This document shows, piece by piece, positions 1 to 13,137 of a stretch of DNA of 64,000 nucleotides; the first letter of the stretch is position 1; each line of letters begins with the position of its first letter. Source of the DNA: the human T2T-CHM13v2.0 reference genome, Homo sapiens; assembly GCF_009914755.1 (NCBI RefSeq), contig NC_060937.1, one strand, 5' to 3'. The notes beneath the pieces are model-generated. The model was not told the DNA's origin. It did no database searches and saw only the letters and a list, made by a program, of their open reading frames with translations. A program made the translations under genes and the position numbers.

Positions 1-430
1 AAGATCATTGATCTTACAGTTTTTTAAATGTAGGCATTTGTAGCTATAAATTTCCCTCTATGGACTGCATTGGCTACATCTCAAATTTTATGTTGTGTAT
101 TATTAACATTCAATTTAAATAATATACTTAATAATTTTTATTTGACTTATGTATTATTTACTGCTATGTTGTTAAATTTCCAAACTTTCGGAAATTTTCT
201 AGATATTTTACTGCATTAATTTCTAATATAATTCTCTTATGGTCACAGAACACATTTTTCAGGACTTGAATTCTTTTCAGTTTGTTTAGATTTGTTTACT
301 TATCAACATACAATCTATCTTGGAGAATGTTTTGCGTGCATGATTGGGAAAGGAATGCTTATTCTGCTCTGGTTGGGTTCAGTGTTCTATAAAAGTCAGT
401 TTGGCCAAGGTGATAGATAATGTTATACAA
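1..430 (-). mobile_element. Old L1M fragment (ORF2 endonuclease region), cut by window edge
   Basis: 'gcatttgtagctataaatttccctct' and 'tctatcttggagaatgtt' parallel the antisense L1 ORF2 sequence at about 56060 and 52760. Confidence 0.7.
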
Positions 431-1924
431 TCATCTCAATAAAACATCATTTTTATCTAGATACATAGATTCACTCCCCCCTACTACAAGGAGTGAGGCA
501 ATGAAGAATGGATCATGAATAATTAACTCACATTCAGACATATGAGGTTTGCATAAGAGATTTGGTAGACCAACTAATCTTAGAACTTTTAATTTCTCAA
601 TTCTGAGGAATCATACCAACCTCAAAATCAAATAAAATATGATACATGATTATTTCTATTAGGAAAATGAAATCACATTAACTAGATTTAAGATTTATTA
701 ACTAGATATAAGAAATAATGTGAAACTTACTATATCAAATGTAAAAGTTTGAAAAAGAAATGACTAAATTTTGGTTTGACTGAATTTAACAACAACAAAA
801 AACTTTAAAATTGTAGAAAAAATGCTAAATTACTGTTTGCCTAACCAATATCTGTCCAAATCTCCCACATTTAAAAAAGTTGAGTGAACAATTTGGGCAC
901 TTAAAGTCTGTAAGATGTTAATATCTTAGCAAATAAAATTTATTTAAGCGTGTTCAAATTATTTCCCTCTTGAAATAGGCAAAGCAAATAAAACACAAAC
1001 TCACATTCACATCAACATATGCACAAACAAGTCCTCCTAATCCAATCATCCCAGCAGTATTTCCACATTGTGTAGGTCTCACAGGTAATTTCTAATGAAT
1101 TCTTTGTACTATAGATCTCTTTTAATTAATCTTTAAGTTATATTTGTAATTTAATAGGCCAAATACTTTTCAAAGGTGAAGCACAGAATATTTGACCATT
1201 GTCATATGAATAGACCAATCTATAAATTAAGAGTAACCTCTACATGTTTTACTCAAGGGCTATCTAAGCACGAATAAATAACAAATTTACAAATGCCATG
1301 TCTATTTTATATTCATATTTTCCAGGGGTTGCTTGTCAATGAGATTTGTTAAACATTTTCTATCACAGAATTGTAAGCCTCTGTTTTTGGAATGTTTTGT
1401 AAAAGAGAAAATGAGATAGTCAAATTTTCCAAATAGCTAGGAGTTAATATTTTAATCACTAGTGTTTGTCCTTGTGCTTTAAAAAGGACACGGTTTTAAA
1501 ATATGCAACTTTTCCCCTGGCTCTACAACAGAACACCTGAGCATAATTTAAACCTTGCTTTATTGTCAAGGTGATCACTACAATCCTCAACGTTTGGCCA
1601 TTGCTGTAAGTATTACGCTGAACTGATGTCAATTGTGTTGCATGCCATCCAAAAGAGATTCTGATTGCATCAGCTCTCCTTAGAAAACAACTCTGATAAC
1701 AGTCTGTCCTTGGGTCACTTGCTACTAATTATATAATTGATTACTCAATGAACATAACGCTCATAAGGCAACTACAGAGTGTCAATTACTGGTCAGTGTC
1801 TTAGATCTTCATAGATCTTCACATTAATCTCTGACCTCAAGAAGCTTGCTTTATATTGGAGCAGAATGAAAAGCTTGTATTGGCCAACCCTGTCCAGCCA
1901 AACCCAGCAATTCCACAAGATGGA

Positions 1925-2070
1925 GTATTATACTTCTATTACCCATGAGAAAACTGGGGCTATGAAATGTTGAATAATTTGACTTATACCAAATCATAGT
2001 GAATAGAAAAGCCATGTTCAAACTCGGTCTTCTCTGATTTTCAAACTTTTGTTCTTCCTGACTTCAGTAC
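1925..2070 (-). mobile_element. MIR SINE fragment
   Basis: 'catgagaaaactggggc...ttgaataatttgac...gttcaaactcggtcttctctga' resembles the reverse complement of the MIR core. Confidence 0.6.
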
Positions 2071-4139
2071 TGCTTGCACTGTAAAGGTGGCTTATTCTTC
2101 CAAGGGATTTTGATATACAGGGAAGGGGGAGAAAGACAAATTCTGTCTTACTTGTGAGTATGGCAGTTTATTTCCACATTTAACCTTCTGAGGCAGCCAG
2201 TGCTGCCACCATTGCTGTGATAATTGCCGGTTTCATCAAATCCTAGATCTCCAGATTCGGAGAGATTTTTACAAGATGCCTCATCTAGCCTCTTTTCTAT
2301 ATGGTCAAGGCACTCAAGCCTAGAGAACCTGAGGCCGTACACGCAAAATCAGTGTTGGCTGAGCCAGAAACTAAACCTGTTCTCCAGACACACCCCTTTC
2401 ATTATACTATGCCATCCTTCCTTGGACATATTTGCTATGCTCTTCCCTTCCTAGTTCTTTAATATGTCTCAATTTTCATTCAAGTAATACAGGCTTTGAA
2501 ACAGAAGCCAACAGTCTGTTAGATTTCTGTACTTTGTCTTATAAGGGAAACAATCCCAAAGTAAGCATAAGTGCATGGTTTTAATCCATGTTTACATGTT
2601 ATTGGATGTTTCCACATAATGATTCTGGTTAACAAAGTCAGTGTTTTCTCTGTGATTGAGTTAGTTTGCACACCTGAACCAGATATCATTAGATCCTACA
2701 AAGCTAAAATTATGTAGGTCTAGGCTTCTGGGACAATATGGACTGTTTTTAGATCGGTTGTAATTTTTAGCACTGCCCCTACTTGGCTTACCAGAACAAC
2801 TGCCTGTGGCATGTGTTAAGATTTTGTAAAATTTGAAATAATTTTTGTTTTTTATTATGAAATTGGCTCTGCAAAAGTATGGTGAAGATTTTTAAAAAGT
2901 AACCATCTCTAAGTAATTTTATTGGTTTTCAATTTTACTAACATCTCAACCAGAACTGCAACTAAAAGAGACGACTGCTTGGGTATAAATTACCAGAAAA
3001 ACAGATGATATTTTTAACACTGAAATTTTGTAAAAAGTAGAAGCCCCTTTCTTCAGGTTGACAAGCTCCAGGCTCAATCATGGGGCAGGTGATGACTTCT
3101 CCCTGGGCTCAGGTTAAATTTGAGCCCTTAATCCTTCCTTCAATCAAGGGTGTCTCTTTGCAACAACATAGTGGAGGTGTATTCTCAACCATGTGGATTA
3201 ATCAGAGAACCCCTTGGTGATTACTGAAGACATGTCCAGTCTCTAAGTGATGATTTTATGTACAGGAAATACATGGAGGGAGCTATCAAGACAGAGAGTA
3301 TGACAACCACACCCAAAGACTCTCTTGAGAGACCAGGTTTTGTGCAGTCTGTGCCCTACCTTGCTCATCAATCAGTAAGGGTGTTGGTGATTCGTACAGT
3401 GCATTTTCAGATATGTATGGCACTGGCTAACTCTGTTGTTACATTGAATATGTCATTTCAAAATCACGTTTTCCAAGATGATGCTTTCAGTGTCACTATT
3501 TTGGAAGAGTGTTGAGAAACCACCATATCTGATTCTCAAATGGATTTGTGATGCTAGTCACATAGAAAATAAATCAGTCACAATTCCATTGTATCTTCTA
3601 GAGCATTTTCAGAAGACTGTATTTAATGACTAGTCAAGCATTTCTAAATACTTCAGTAGAAACGATGATTATATTTGTCAATTCAGTTTCAATACTATCT
3701 GCTAAAAACGAATAAGTAATTTAGTCTACTTGATAGTTTCTAAAAGATTATTTTAAATAAATATTACATTTTTCATTAAAATTCTTGAAGTCACGTTTTA
3801 TATAAAAACAAAGAAACATTCAAAAGAATGGAAGCTAACATTATTCAGTCTTTCATTCCCAGAGAGAATGAACCAATGAAACTGTGGAAAAGTAATCTCT
3901 TTTATTGTTATGTTAGTGCAAAATATTTGCATCTTTGATGTTCTTAATAACATTACGTATGTAAACTTTTAAAGACTGCCTTTCTGCGTTTTAACATGGT
4001 CTAATGGCATCTACCACCCTTGTACTGTCAGTGAAACTTTATGGCCTAATGAATTGCCCCTGTGTTGGAGCGCTATGGGACTTTTCCTGTATTTTAAAGG
4101 ATAAATGTGTTGCTGAAAACTGAACTAAGATTTTTTAAA

Positions 4140-4350
4140 CCTGGGAACTAGTTTAAGATCTGCCGCTTACCAGCCAATTAACCTTTGAAAATTCACAACA
4201 TTTATGAGGGTCGTATTTCCATCTATAAAATGGGGCGAGAAATACTTGCCCGGCTTCCCTCCTATAACCGAGTTGTTAGAAGAAAATGACAGTAATATAT
4301 GAAAGTATTTTAAACCTGTGAAGCTTTACTCAGAAATAAAATGTAATTAT
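4140..4350 (+). mobile_element. MIR SINE
   Basis: Core 'tttccatctataaaatgggg...aatacttgcc...gttgttagaagaaaatga' and MIR-like 3' end. Confidence 0.65.
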
Positions 4351-4629
4351 TTAATGTCTGTTAGGTTGTACTTTGAAAAATGGTTTGATTTTTGCTTATT
4401 GACATAATGTATCATACATCAAATGTGGTCAGCTAAAATGTCTTTCTGAATATCATCTTTCAGCTAATCCACTTTTATCATCATGTTAGTCCAATAAATT
4501 ATGCACTCACGATTTCTAGTGCATTGATTCCAAGTACTTCATATAGTCCTTCAAGAATATTGAGAGTTATGTTTCTGGCAGGCAATAAAAGTGACCACTT
4601 GTGGAGGGCTGATTGCAGATCCCCCAAGG

Positions 4630-4735
4630 TGCCAGGCAGTGATTTGGGCCTGTTTTATTCACTGATGTATCTCAAGTACCTAGAACAGTAACTAGCTCAT
4701 ACAATCTCACATAAATACTTGGTGAATGAATGAAA
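4630..4735 (+). mobile_element. L2 LINE 3' end
   Basis: 'ttattcactgatgtatctcaagtacctagaacagt...ataaatacttggtgaatgaatgaa', the typical L2 terminus. Confidence 0.7.
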
Positions 4736-5039
4736 GAATTTCTCCTTCATAATACTTAAATGACCTGAGTACAGGTGGGAAAAAAGTAGTAATCCATGCA
4801 TTGCATATTTTTTACACTATTTGGAGTCATTAGGTTGTTCTCTACTTTTCCTCTCGCCACAAGCAGTTTTATGCTGTATTTCCAGGGAAACATCAGTAGA
4901 GTTAGCTCTTTCAAAAAACTTGTCCTCACACAGACAGTGTTCATGCTTCAAGATTTAAAAAGCATACAGTGCAAACCAACAGAATACACCGACAGTAGTT
5001 TCCCTACAATGCCTTTTCCATCATTAAGGCCTTGTATTT

Positions 5040-7030
5040 GTTTTTCATTGGTAGGCATTATATGTTCACAGTGAAAAATTCAAATAATATAAACAAGAAA
5101 ATTCAAATAATAAAGTTAATAGGGAATGTATCTCCCTTCAATGCCCTCTTTCAGTATTTTCAATCTTTTCTCAGAAATATCCAGCTACTAGTGGCCTATT
5201 AAAATTTCAGATATATCTCTGAATATCTAAGTGGTTTTGTAATATATACACTCTGTTGCAACTTGCTTTTTTTCTAATACAAATTGGGTGTCATTGATAT
5301 CTGTTTATATAGATCTGTTTTATTTCTTCAATACCCATAATTATATAACAAAACATAGCCTGGGAATAAATAATGTATTTAGCAAATGATCTCTTGGTGA
5401 TTTATGTTGTTTTTAATCTTTTATTACCACAAAGAATATTTATATAAATATCCTTATTCAAATATCTTTGTGCTAAAGTGTGAAAATATCTGTTGGATAC
5501 AATCCTCAAAATGAAATAACTATCAAATGTTACACGCAACTAGTATTTGGCTATTTATAAACAAATTTCCTTGCAAGTCAGTTTTTATTATGTCAGTCCA
5601 TGTACTCCACTCCATCATCAACACAGTTTATAATCAAACCTTCACACTTTGCAATTGTGTTAGTTGAAAAATAATGTCTCATATTTTAAATCATGAATAA
5701 ATTTTAATAGTTGGGGTTTTATACAGTATATTTCATGTTTTCAAATCTTTTACACTTATTTTTACATGTTCTGTCTTTTCATATTCTTTGTCCATTTTTC
5801 TATAGGAATTTTCACAGCTTTTCATTGATTTGTAATTGGCCATTATAAAAGATTGAGAATTAAAATTTTCTCTATCCAACATCCCAATGTTTTTATTGCG
5901 TTTGTTATTGACTTTTTGTTTGGATAATAACTTTCAGGCACAATTTTAAAAATTGTGTAGTCCAATTAATCTGCACTTATTTTATGACATTTTAATTTTG
6001 CACTATACTTAGAAAATATTTGCTCACTCTAATATTGTAAAACACGTTCTTCAAATTTAATTGTAATGTTCTTATAAATTCTTTTTTTTCTGTATTTTTT
6101 TTAACCCTGAGTTTATTTTGTTTTCAGGGGTGATATAGAATTTGAAATTTATTTTTATGTTTTATTTTTTCCTGATAGCAAGTTTTCTCAATTCTATATT
6201 TTTGTTTATTTGTTGGTTTTGTTTTGTTTTTGAGACAGGGTCTCCCTCTGTCGCCCAGGCTGATCTCGGCTAACTGCAACCTCCGCTTCCTAAGCTCACA
6301 ATAGCTGTGTGCCACCACACCTAGCTAATTTTTGTATTTTTTGTTAGACGGAGTTTCACCATGTTTCCCAGGCTGGTCTCCAACTCCTGGGCTCAAGTGG
6401 TTTGTCCACCTCCACCTCCCGAAGTGCTGGGATTATGATAGGCGTGAGTCACTGTGTCCGCCCTTCTCAATTCTATTTATTCTAAAAGGATTTCTTCAGG
6501 AAATGTCATATCATTTTTTATACACTAAACTGCTAGTTGAGCATCTGTTTCTGGGTTGTTATGCTATTTTATTCATTTCTCAGTATATTTAAATGCAAGT
6601 ATCCAGTTGTCTTTGTTTCTACAGCTATAAACATTATATCTTATAGGGCTATTTCTTACTTATTATTCTCCTTTTGAAGAATTTCCGACAATTCTTGCCA
6701 GATTTTTATTCCAAGTGAATCCTATGATTAGCTTTTTTGGCTGCAAACAAAAATACTTTTGGTGTTTTTATTGCTGCTGCAAAACATTTAGTATTACTTT
6801 ATGGAAAACTGATACCCTTATATTAGAGAGTGAAGAGAAATGTACAGTTTTCTGTTCAGGCATTCTTTTAAGTCTTTCGTTGCATTTTTGTTTAGATCCT
6901 GTACATTTTTTTTAAAGATTTTGCCTAGGCAGTTGATCTTACTTTGCTACTATTGAATATGACTTCTTTACTTCCATTATGTTTTCTATAGTTGTTTTTA
7001 TATAGGAATTATATATATACTTTTGCCTAT
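5040..7030 (-). mobile_element. Highly diverged L1M (L1ME-like), interrupted by an Alu
   Basis: T-rich antisense L1 3'UTR/ORF2 motifs such as 'tttgtccatttttctat' and 'tttttcctgatagc'. Confidence 0.5.
6198..6463 (-). mobile_element. AluJ-like SINE with right-arm deletions
   Basis: Antisense Alu with 'gagacagggtct' and 'ctcctgggctcaag'; TSD ttctcaattctat at 6185-6197 and 6464-6476. Confidence 0.9.
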
Positions 7031-7074
7031 GTTTCATATATAAGCTCCCTCTCTGCCTTCTTTTTGCCATCTGA

Positions 7075-9195
7075 ACCATTTTTAATTATATTTACATTGT
7101 TGTGAAACAGATATCTAAAACCTTTTCATCTTGCAAATGTGAAACTCTATAACTATTAAACTCTATAACCATTAAACAATCTTCTTTGCCCCTTCCCCCA
7201 ACACCTAGTAACCACTATTCTACTTTGTTCTTCTATAAATTTGGCTACTTCAGACACTTTATATAACTGGAATCATCCATATTTGTGTTTGTGTGGCTGA
7301 CTAATTTTATTTAGCCTAAGTTGTTAAGATTCATTCATGTTGTAGCATGTCACATTATTTCCATACTTTTTAAGGTGGAATAATATTTCGTTGTATGTAT
7401 ATACTAAATTTTGTTTAACCATTCATCTGTCTACAAACATTTGAGTTGCTTCTACATCTCGGCTATAGTGAATAATGCTTCTATGAACATAGCTGTTCAA
7501 ATATCTCTTGAGATCCTGCTTTCACTTTTTGATATATACCCAGTAGTGGCATACTAGATCATATGGTAATTCTTCTTTTAGTTTTTTGAAGAATGTTCAT
7601 AATTTTTCCCACAATGATTGTGACACTTTACAATCTCACCAACAACGCACAAAAATTCCAATTTCTACCCATCTTCGACAAAACTTGTGAGAAAAGAGTT
7701 TCTATATTTACTTGCTTATTTGTTTACAGTAGCCATCCAAATGGCTAGGAGGTGATATCTCATTGTGGGTTTGATTTGCAATTCTTTGATGAATAGTGAT
7801 GTTGAGCATTTTTTTCATATGCTTGTTGACCATTTTTATATCACTTTTGAAGAAATGTCTATTCAAGTCATTTGCTTATTTTTAAATTATTTGATTTTTT
7901 GTTTGTTTTTGTGTTATGAGGTCTTTATATGTTCTGAATACTAACCTCTTATCAGATAAATGATTTGAAAATATTTTCTTACATTCTGTAGGTTGCCCTT
8001 CCACTCTGTTGATTGTGTCCTATGATGCACAAATGATTTTAAGTTTGGTGTAGCTCAATCTATTTTTTTTTGTTGTTATTGGCTGTGCTTTTGGTCTCAT
8101 ATTCAAGAAATCATTGCCTAGTCTAATGGCCTAAAGATTTTTTCCTATGTTCTCTTCCAGGAAATTTATAGTTTTAGGATTTAAGTTTAGGTCTTCCACA
8201 CACATTGAGTCAATTTTTGTGTATAGTTTAAGACAAGGACAAAATTCATTTTTTTCTATATTAATATCCAGCTTCCCTGACACAATTTGTTGAAGAGACT
8301 GTTCTTTCTTCATTGAGGTTCCTTGGCACTGTTTTTGAAGATATTTGACTGTATATGCAAGGGCTTATTTCTGTGCTATTTCATTCCATTGGTTAATATG
8401 TCCATTTTAATAACAGTACAACACTCTTTTAATTACTGTAGCTTTGTGATATATTTTAAAATCAGAAAGTAGGTTCTTCAACTTTTTTTCTCTCAAAATT
8501 GTTTTGGCCATTGAGGGCTCTTTCAAATTTTATGTGAATTTTAGGATGAGTTTCTTTTATTTCTAAAAAAAAATAATGCTACCAAAAGTTTGAAAGGTAT
8601 TATATTTAATCTGTAGATCACATTATGTAGTATGGATATTGTTAACAATATTATCTTCTAATCCATGAACATGAGGTGTCTCTTCATTTGTTTGTATGTT
8701 TTTAAATTTCTTTCAACAATGTTTTATAATTTTATAATATTTGGTTAGAAGTCTTTAATCTTGACAGTTTATTTTTAAGTAATTTATATTTTAGGCAATT
8801 ATAAATAGAATTGTTTTCTAAATTTTCTTTTTGGATTGTTTATTGTTACTGTACAGAAATAGAACCTATTTTGATGTATTGATGATAGAGTGTGCAACTT
8901 TGTGAGGTTTTTCAGTTATAACTTTTTTGTGGAATCGTTAATGCATTCTAAGATCATGTCATCTGCATACAGAGAAAAGTTTCCTTCATTCTTTCATTTT
9001 AATACCTTTATTTCTTATTCTTGACTAATTACTCTGGCTAGGTCTTCTAGTACTATGTTGAATAGAAGTGGCAAAAACAGATATCCTTGTGTTTTTCCTG
9101 ATTTTAGAGAAGTAATGAGTTTTTCACCACTGAGTAGGATGTTAGCTGTGAGCTTTACATAAATTCTTTTACTATGTTGAGGTAGTTGTACCTAT
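7075..9195 (-). mobile_element. L1MB-type LINE, 3' about 2.1 kb
   Basis: 3'UTR 'cattgttgtgaaacag...ttttcatcttgcaa...aaactctata'; ORF 8131-8313 resembles L1 ORF2 ('LKLYTKIDS...LNLNPKTINFLEENIG'). Confidence 0.85.
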
Positions 9196-9959
9196 TTTTT
9201 TCTTCAACCACCTAATTAAAATTAATTTATATTCCATAATAAGATGTTTGTTTACTTGTATTTTAAGTTACAGTTTCATTATTTCAAATATTCATACGTT
9301 TGCTTTTCTTCTCCAGCCTAAATGTGTAAAATTAACTCTCACAAAAAATATATTTATGATATTGGAACTCCTTTAGTTGTTCTTGCCTTACCAAGTGTAG
9401 CTTCTAAGTTTTCTCTATTATACATGATGCTGACTTTTGCCTTTGTGCATATCTATATCTCTATACGTACACCTATAGCTACATATACATATATACATAT
9501 CTTATAACTGTTTACCTATGTATTTGCATGTGTGTGTATATTCCAATAGGATATAGTGTGAATTCATGAGTCAATTTATTGTGTGTGTGTAAACATGCAT
9601 ATGTATAAATATATATATATACTTTTTAACTTTATTTCTTCTGTGATACATCAGTATCTCTTTCCTTTCAGAATGAGAAGCTTGGTTCTCTAGAACACAG
9701 ATAACAATAAAATTAAAATATTCCATAACTATAATTTGCTTTATTGCTTATTGCATAAAAATGTTTTCAGAGTAACAATATTAATACTATTTTTTATAAT
9801 TATTGAAAATAAATAGAAATTATTATTTGACTATACAAATAATTGTAAATGTTTGCCCCAGGTTTGGGATTTTGTTGTTGAGCTTCTCTGATAGTTTTTA
9901 TGTGGGGGTTTGGGAAGATCTAAAGAGTATACTGTCACCTTCATTGCCGTTGACACAGA

Positions 9960-10440
9960 ATGCTATAATTTTTTTTGATCTTCTATAGCTTCTTGAATTC
10001 AAAGATTAGTATATTTCCTTGTTTACAACATACATATTTAAGAATCTAAAATTTCCTCCATGTACTGCTTTAGCTGTATTATATTCCTTTTGATATTTAA
10101 TACTTTTATAATTGCTGTCTTCTAGATATCACATTGTTTAGGCCTGTTTTCTTTGATCCTAGTATTATGTATTTATACATTTTACTTACAAATTATAGGA
10201 TGCTTTAAAACTTATTTATTTTCCACACATGGTAGTGTCTTATAGTTTTATTGCATTGTAATCAGAGTATGTTATCTGTAATATTTCTATCTCTGAGAAG
10301 GTTGTATTTTTTCATTTGTGTGGTATATTATGGTTAGTTATTAAATATGTCACACGTTTTAAATGTCACCATTGTCAGGGTACAGTGTTTGATGTAATTT
10401 GTTGGAGCTACTTTACTGATTATTTTACTTAAGGGTATTT
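9960..10440 (-). mobile_element. Old L1M fragment
   Basis: 'aaaatttcctccatgtactgctttagctgtat' and 'ttttattgcattgtaatcagag', antisense endonuclease region. Confidence 0.5.
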
Positions 10441-10769
10441 TGTTTTCTAGTAATATTGTACATAGGTGACTAAAACAAATCATTTTCTATTCAATAAAAG
10501 TAAGCAAATGTAAAATACAAAAATGAATGACCTAAAGCTGGTCCTCATTTTAACCTGAGTATATATTACTCCTGAGGTCTGCACAACTTCAAGTCAATAT
10601 TTTCTAACTTAATGACTTCAACATAATCCCACAGATTTAGTTCTTTTGAAAATGAGCTCACAGGCAATATTACGAAATACACAATGCAGCATAGTAACTT
10701 CATACAGTCTATGAAGGTAGGGAAAAACAGAATAATCAGATTAACAAGTATTTCATATGACTTCAAATG

Positions 10770-12130
10770 CAATCTATCAGTGAATGACTCCCCAAGTTAT
10801 ATCTCCAGCCTCTATATTTCTTCTGAACTTCAGACTCCTTCATCTAATGCCTGCTCAACATCTCCTACTGGTTTCCTAACAGGCATGTCAAACTCAAGAT
10901 GTCCAAATTGAACTCCTGGTCTTCAACTGATTTTACCACAAACACCTGATCTCAATTCTTCTGGTGCTCTATTCTTGTAGTTTCCCAGTCCAGAAATCTT
11001 GGCATTATGATTAAATTTCTTTCTATTTCTATCCAATCTGTTAGGAATCCCTCCTGATTCTACCTTCAAAAATATATACAGTTGATCCTTGAACAACATG
11101 GGTTTGAACTGCGAGGGTTCAGATATACATGGATTAAAAAAAAAAATGTAGTTGCCCCTCCATATGAGTGGGTTCCATATCCACAACCAAAGGCAGATGA
11201 AAAATATAGTATTTGCAGGTTACAAAACCAGCCTCTATGGGACATTTTGTATACACAGTGTCTGAAGTGCAGACTTCAGGACTTGAGTAATTGTGGATTT
11301 TGGTATCGGGGGCAGGGGACCTGGAGCCAATGCCCCATGTACACTGAGGGGGACTATGGCTAATATACTTCTCATCAATGCCTCTGCTTCCATCCTCTTT
11401 TGAGATATAATATCTCTCTTGAATGAATTCGTTCATCTCCTAACTGGCCCCCTGCTTCCAACACCTTCATTTTCCCTTCACTTCTGCTTGGTCTACTGTC
11501 TATAGAAAAGCCAAAGTGAAACATTTAAAAACTAATCAGACCATATCATGCTCCACATAAAACTCTATCACTAATTCCTTATTTTACTCAATGTAAAACC
11601 AAAAGCTTTACAGTTTTCTCAAGGGCCTGAGTGACCTGAGTCTCACACTATCTCTGACTTCATTTCCTGTACTCCCTCTTTCACTTCACTCATATCATAC
11701 TGTCCCCCCTCATTCTTCCTAGTTTAGGGTAGGAATATTTCTGCCTTTGGGTTTTCACATCAAACATTTTGTATGGCTGAACATATTAATTTCCAGGTAT
11801 CCATTTGGATATCCGCCTCTTGTTTCTTGCAAATGCCACCTTCTCATTGAAGCCTACCCTGACCGCTCTATCTTACCCACCACTCCTCCTCCAGCATGTT
11901 CCATCCTCCTTATTCTGCTTTAAATGTATCCATAGTATTTATTACATCCTAGAATACCATGTAATTTACACATTTATTATGATTGCTCTCTGATTTCTAC
12001 ACCAGAATAAAAGCTCCATGCAGATAGAGAGTTGTACTTGTTTTGTTCACTATAATAGCCCCTGAATCTGGAATAATCCTTAATACATAGTAGTTTCGTG
12101 ATAAATATTTTTTTCCAAATGAATGAATCA
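10770..12130 (+). mobile_element. L2 LINE 3' part, interrupted by a MER2-family element
   Basis: 'tgaatgactcccc...atctccagcc...ctgaacttcagactc', 'gccaccttctcattgaagcct'; ends 'ataaatatt...aatgaatgaa'. Confidence 0.85.
11079..11356 (-). mobile_element. MER2-family (TcMar-Tigger) non-autonomous DNA transposon
   Basis: TA then 'cagttgatccttgaacaacatgggtttgaactgc'; other end 'ggattttggtatc...ggagccaatgcccc...ctgagggggac' is the reverse complement of the MER2 start. Confidence 0.8.
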
Positions 12131-12134
12131 TTTC

Positions 12135-12290
12135 ATTACATTTATAACTCTATGAGATAGGTGTCGTTTATGTTTTACACAGGATGCCAATGAGATTCAG
12201 ATGTGTACAGATAATATGGTTAATAAAAGACCTGGCTCTTAGATCCAGGTTTTATTGACCCCTTGTCCTGTGCTTTTATTTTTATACTGT
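12135..12290 (-). mobile_element. MIR SINE
   Basis: 'ataactctatgagataggtg...ttttacacaggatg..aatgagattcaga'. Confidence 0.6.
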
Positions 12291-12584
12291 ATGCTTTTCA
12301 CTATGCTTGTCCTCTATGATTCTTGAAGGAAAGCAAGAAAGTATACTGAGTTACCTGGGCCACAGTCAGTGAATCTTATTGAGTTTTCATGGTGTGCTCT
12401 AGCCAAACACTAAGAAAAAGTAAAATTCATTGATTCCTCTCTCCATTTTACTTATAATAAAGCTTTCCATGGCAAAGTGAAAGTGATACTTTGGGAAAAA
12501 ATTTTTTAAAAAACGGGGAGAAGGAGTGGATGGTGGTGAGCAAATCTGAGACTTTTTCTGTCTAAAATAAAAGAACATATCTCT

Positions 12585-12740
12585 TCAGTGGTAGAGTAAA
12601 ATGAAAAGAATTGTAGGCCCAAATCTGCTGTTAACTGTGTGACATTTAATACGCTGCTTGACTTGTTTTCTCATTTGAAATATGAAAACATTAGAGTTAA
12701 TAATGCTAAAGTATTTTTCATATTTAACATTATTCAAAAT
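12585..12740 (+). mobile_element. MIR-family fragment
   Basis: 'ctgttaactgtgtgac...ttgttttctcatttgaaatatga'. Confidence 0.45.
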
Positions 12741-13137
12741 CTATTGGCTGATGCAATCTTCTAGGAGATGATTTGGCAAGCTGGATTATAAAACGAGATC
12801 ATAATCTCCATTTATGAATCTTTATTTCCTGCTGGGCCAAAATCAAGGAAGGAAAGCACTTCAAAGCTTCTTTTTTCTGCTTTTTTGATACTCATTTTCA
12901 TTTGTTTGAAAAATAAGACATGAATTCCACATATATTTCTGTTTAATTTCATATTCTTCAGAGTTTTTTTTCTAATTTTGCTGGTGAGTTGAAATTATTA
13001 AATAAAATAAAGGCATTGTCATACTAAAATGCACATATCTTGGTTGTTAAAAAGAGGGATTAGAAAATAGATGTTTGGTTGATATGGAGAAAGTAGGTAC
13101 CAATATTCTATACCAATATGCTATTATAACATCCTCG

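Noticed and set aside
3105-3127. Hairpin gggctca-N9-tgagccc as a terminator or ncRNA
   Set aside because: A short stem like this is expected by chance; no other support
3180-3525. Possible MER5 fragments and the 85-aa ORF 3258-3515
   Set aside because: Similarity too weak to call; ORF has no recognisable homology
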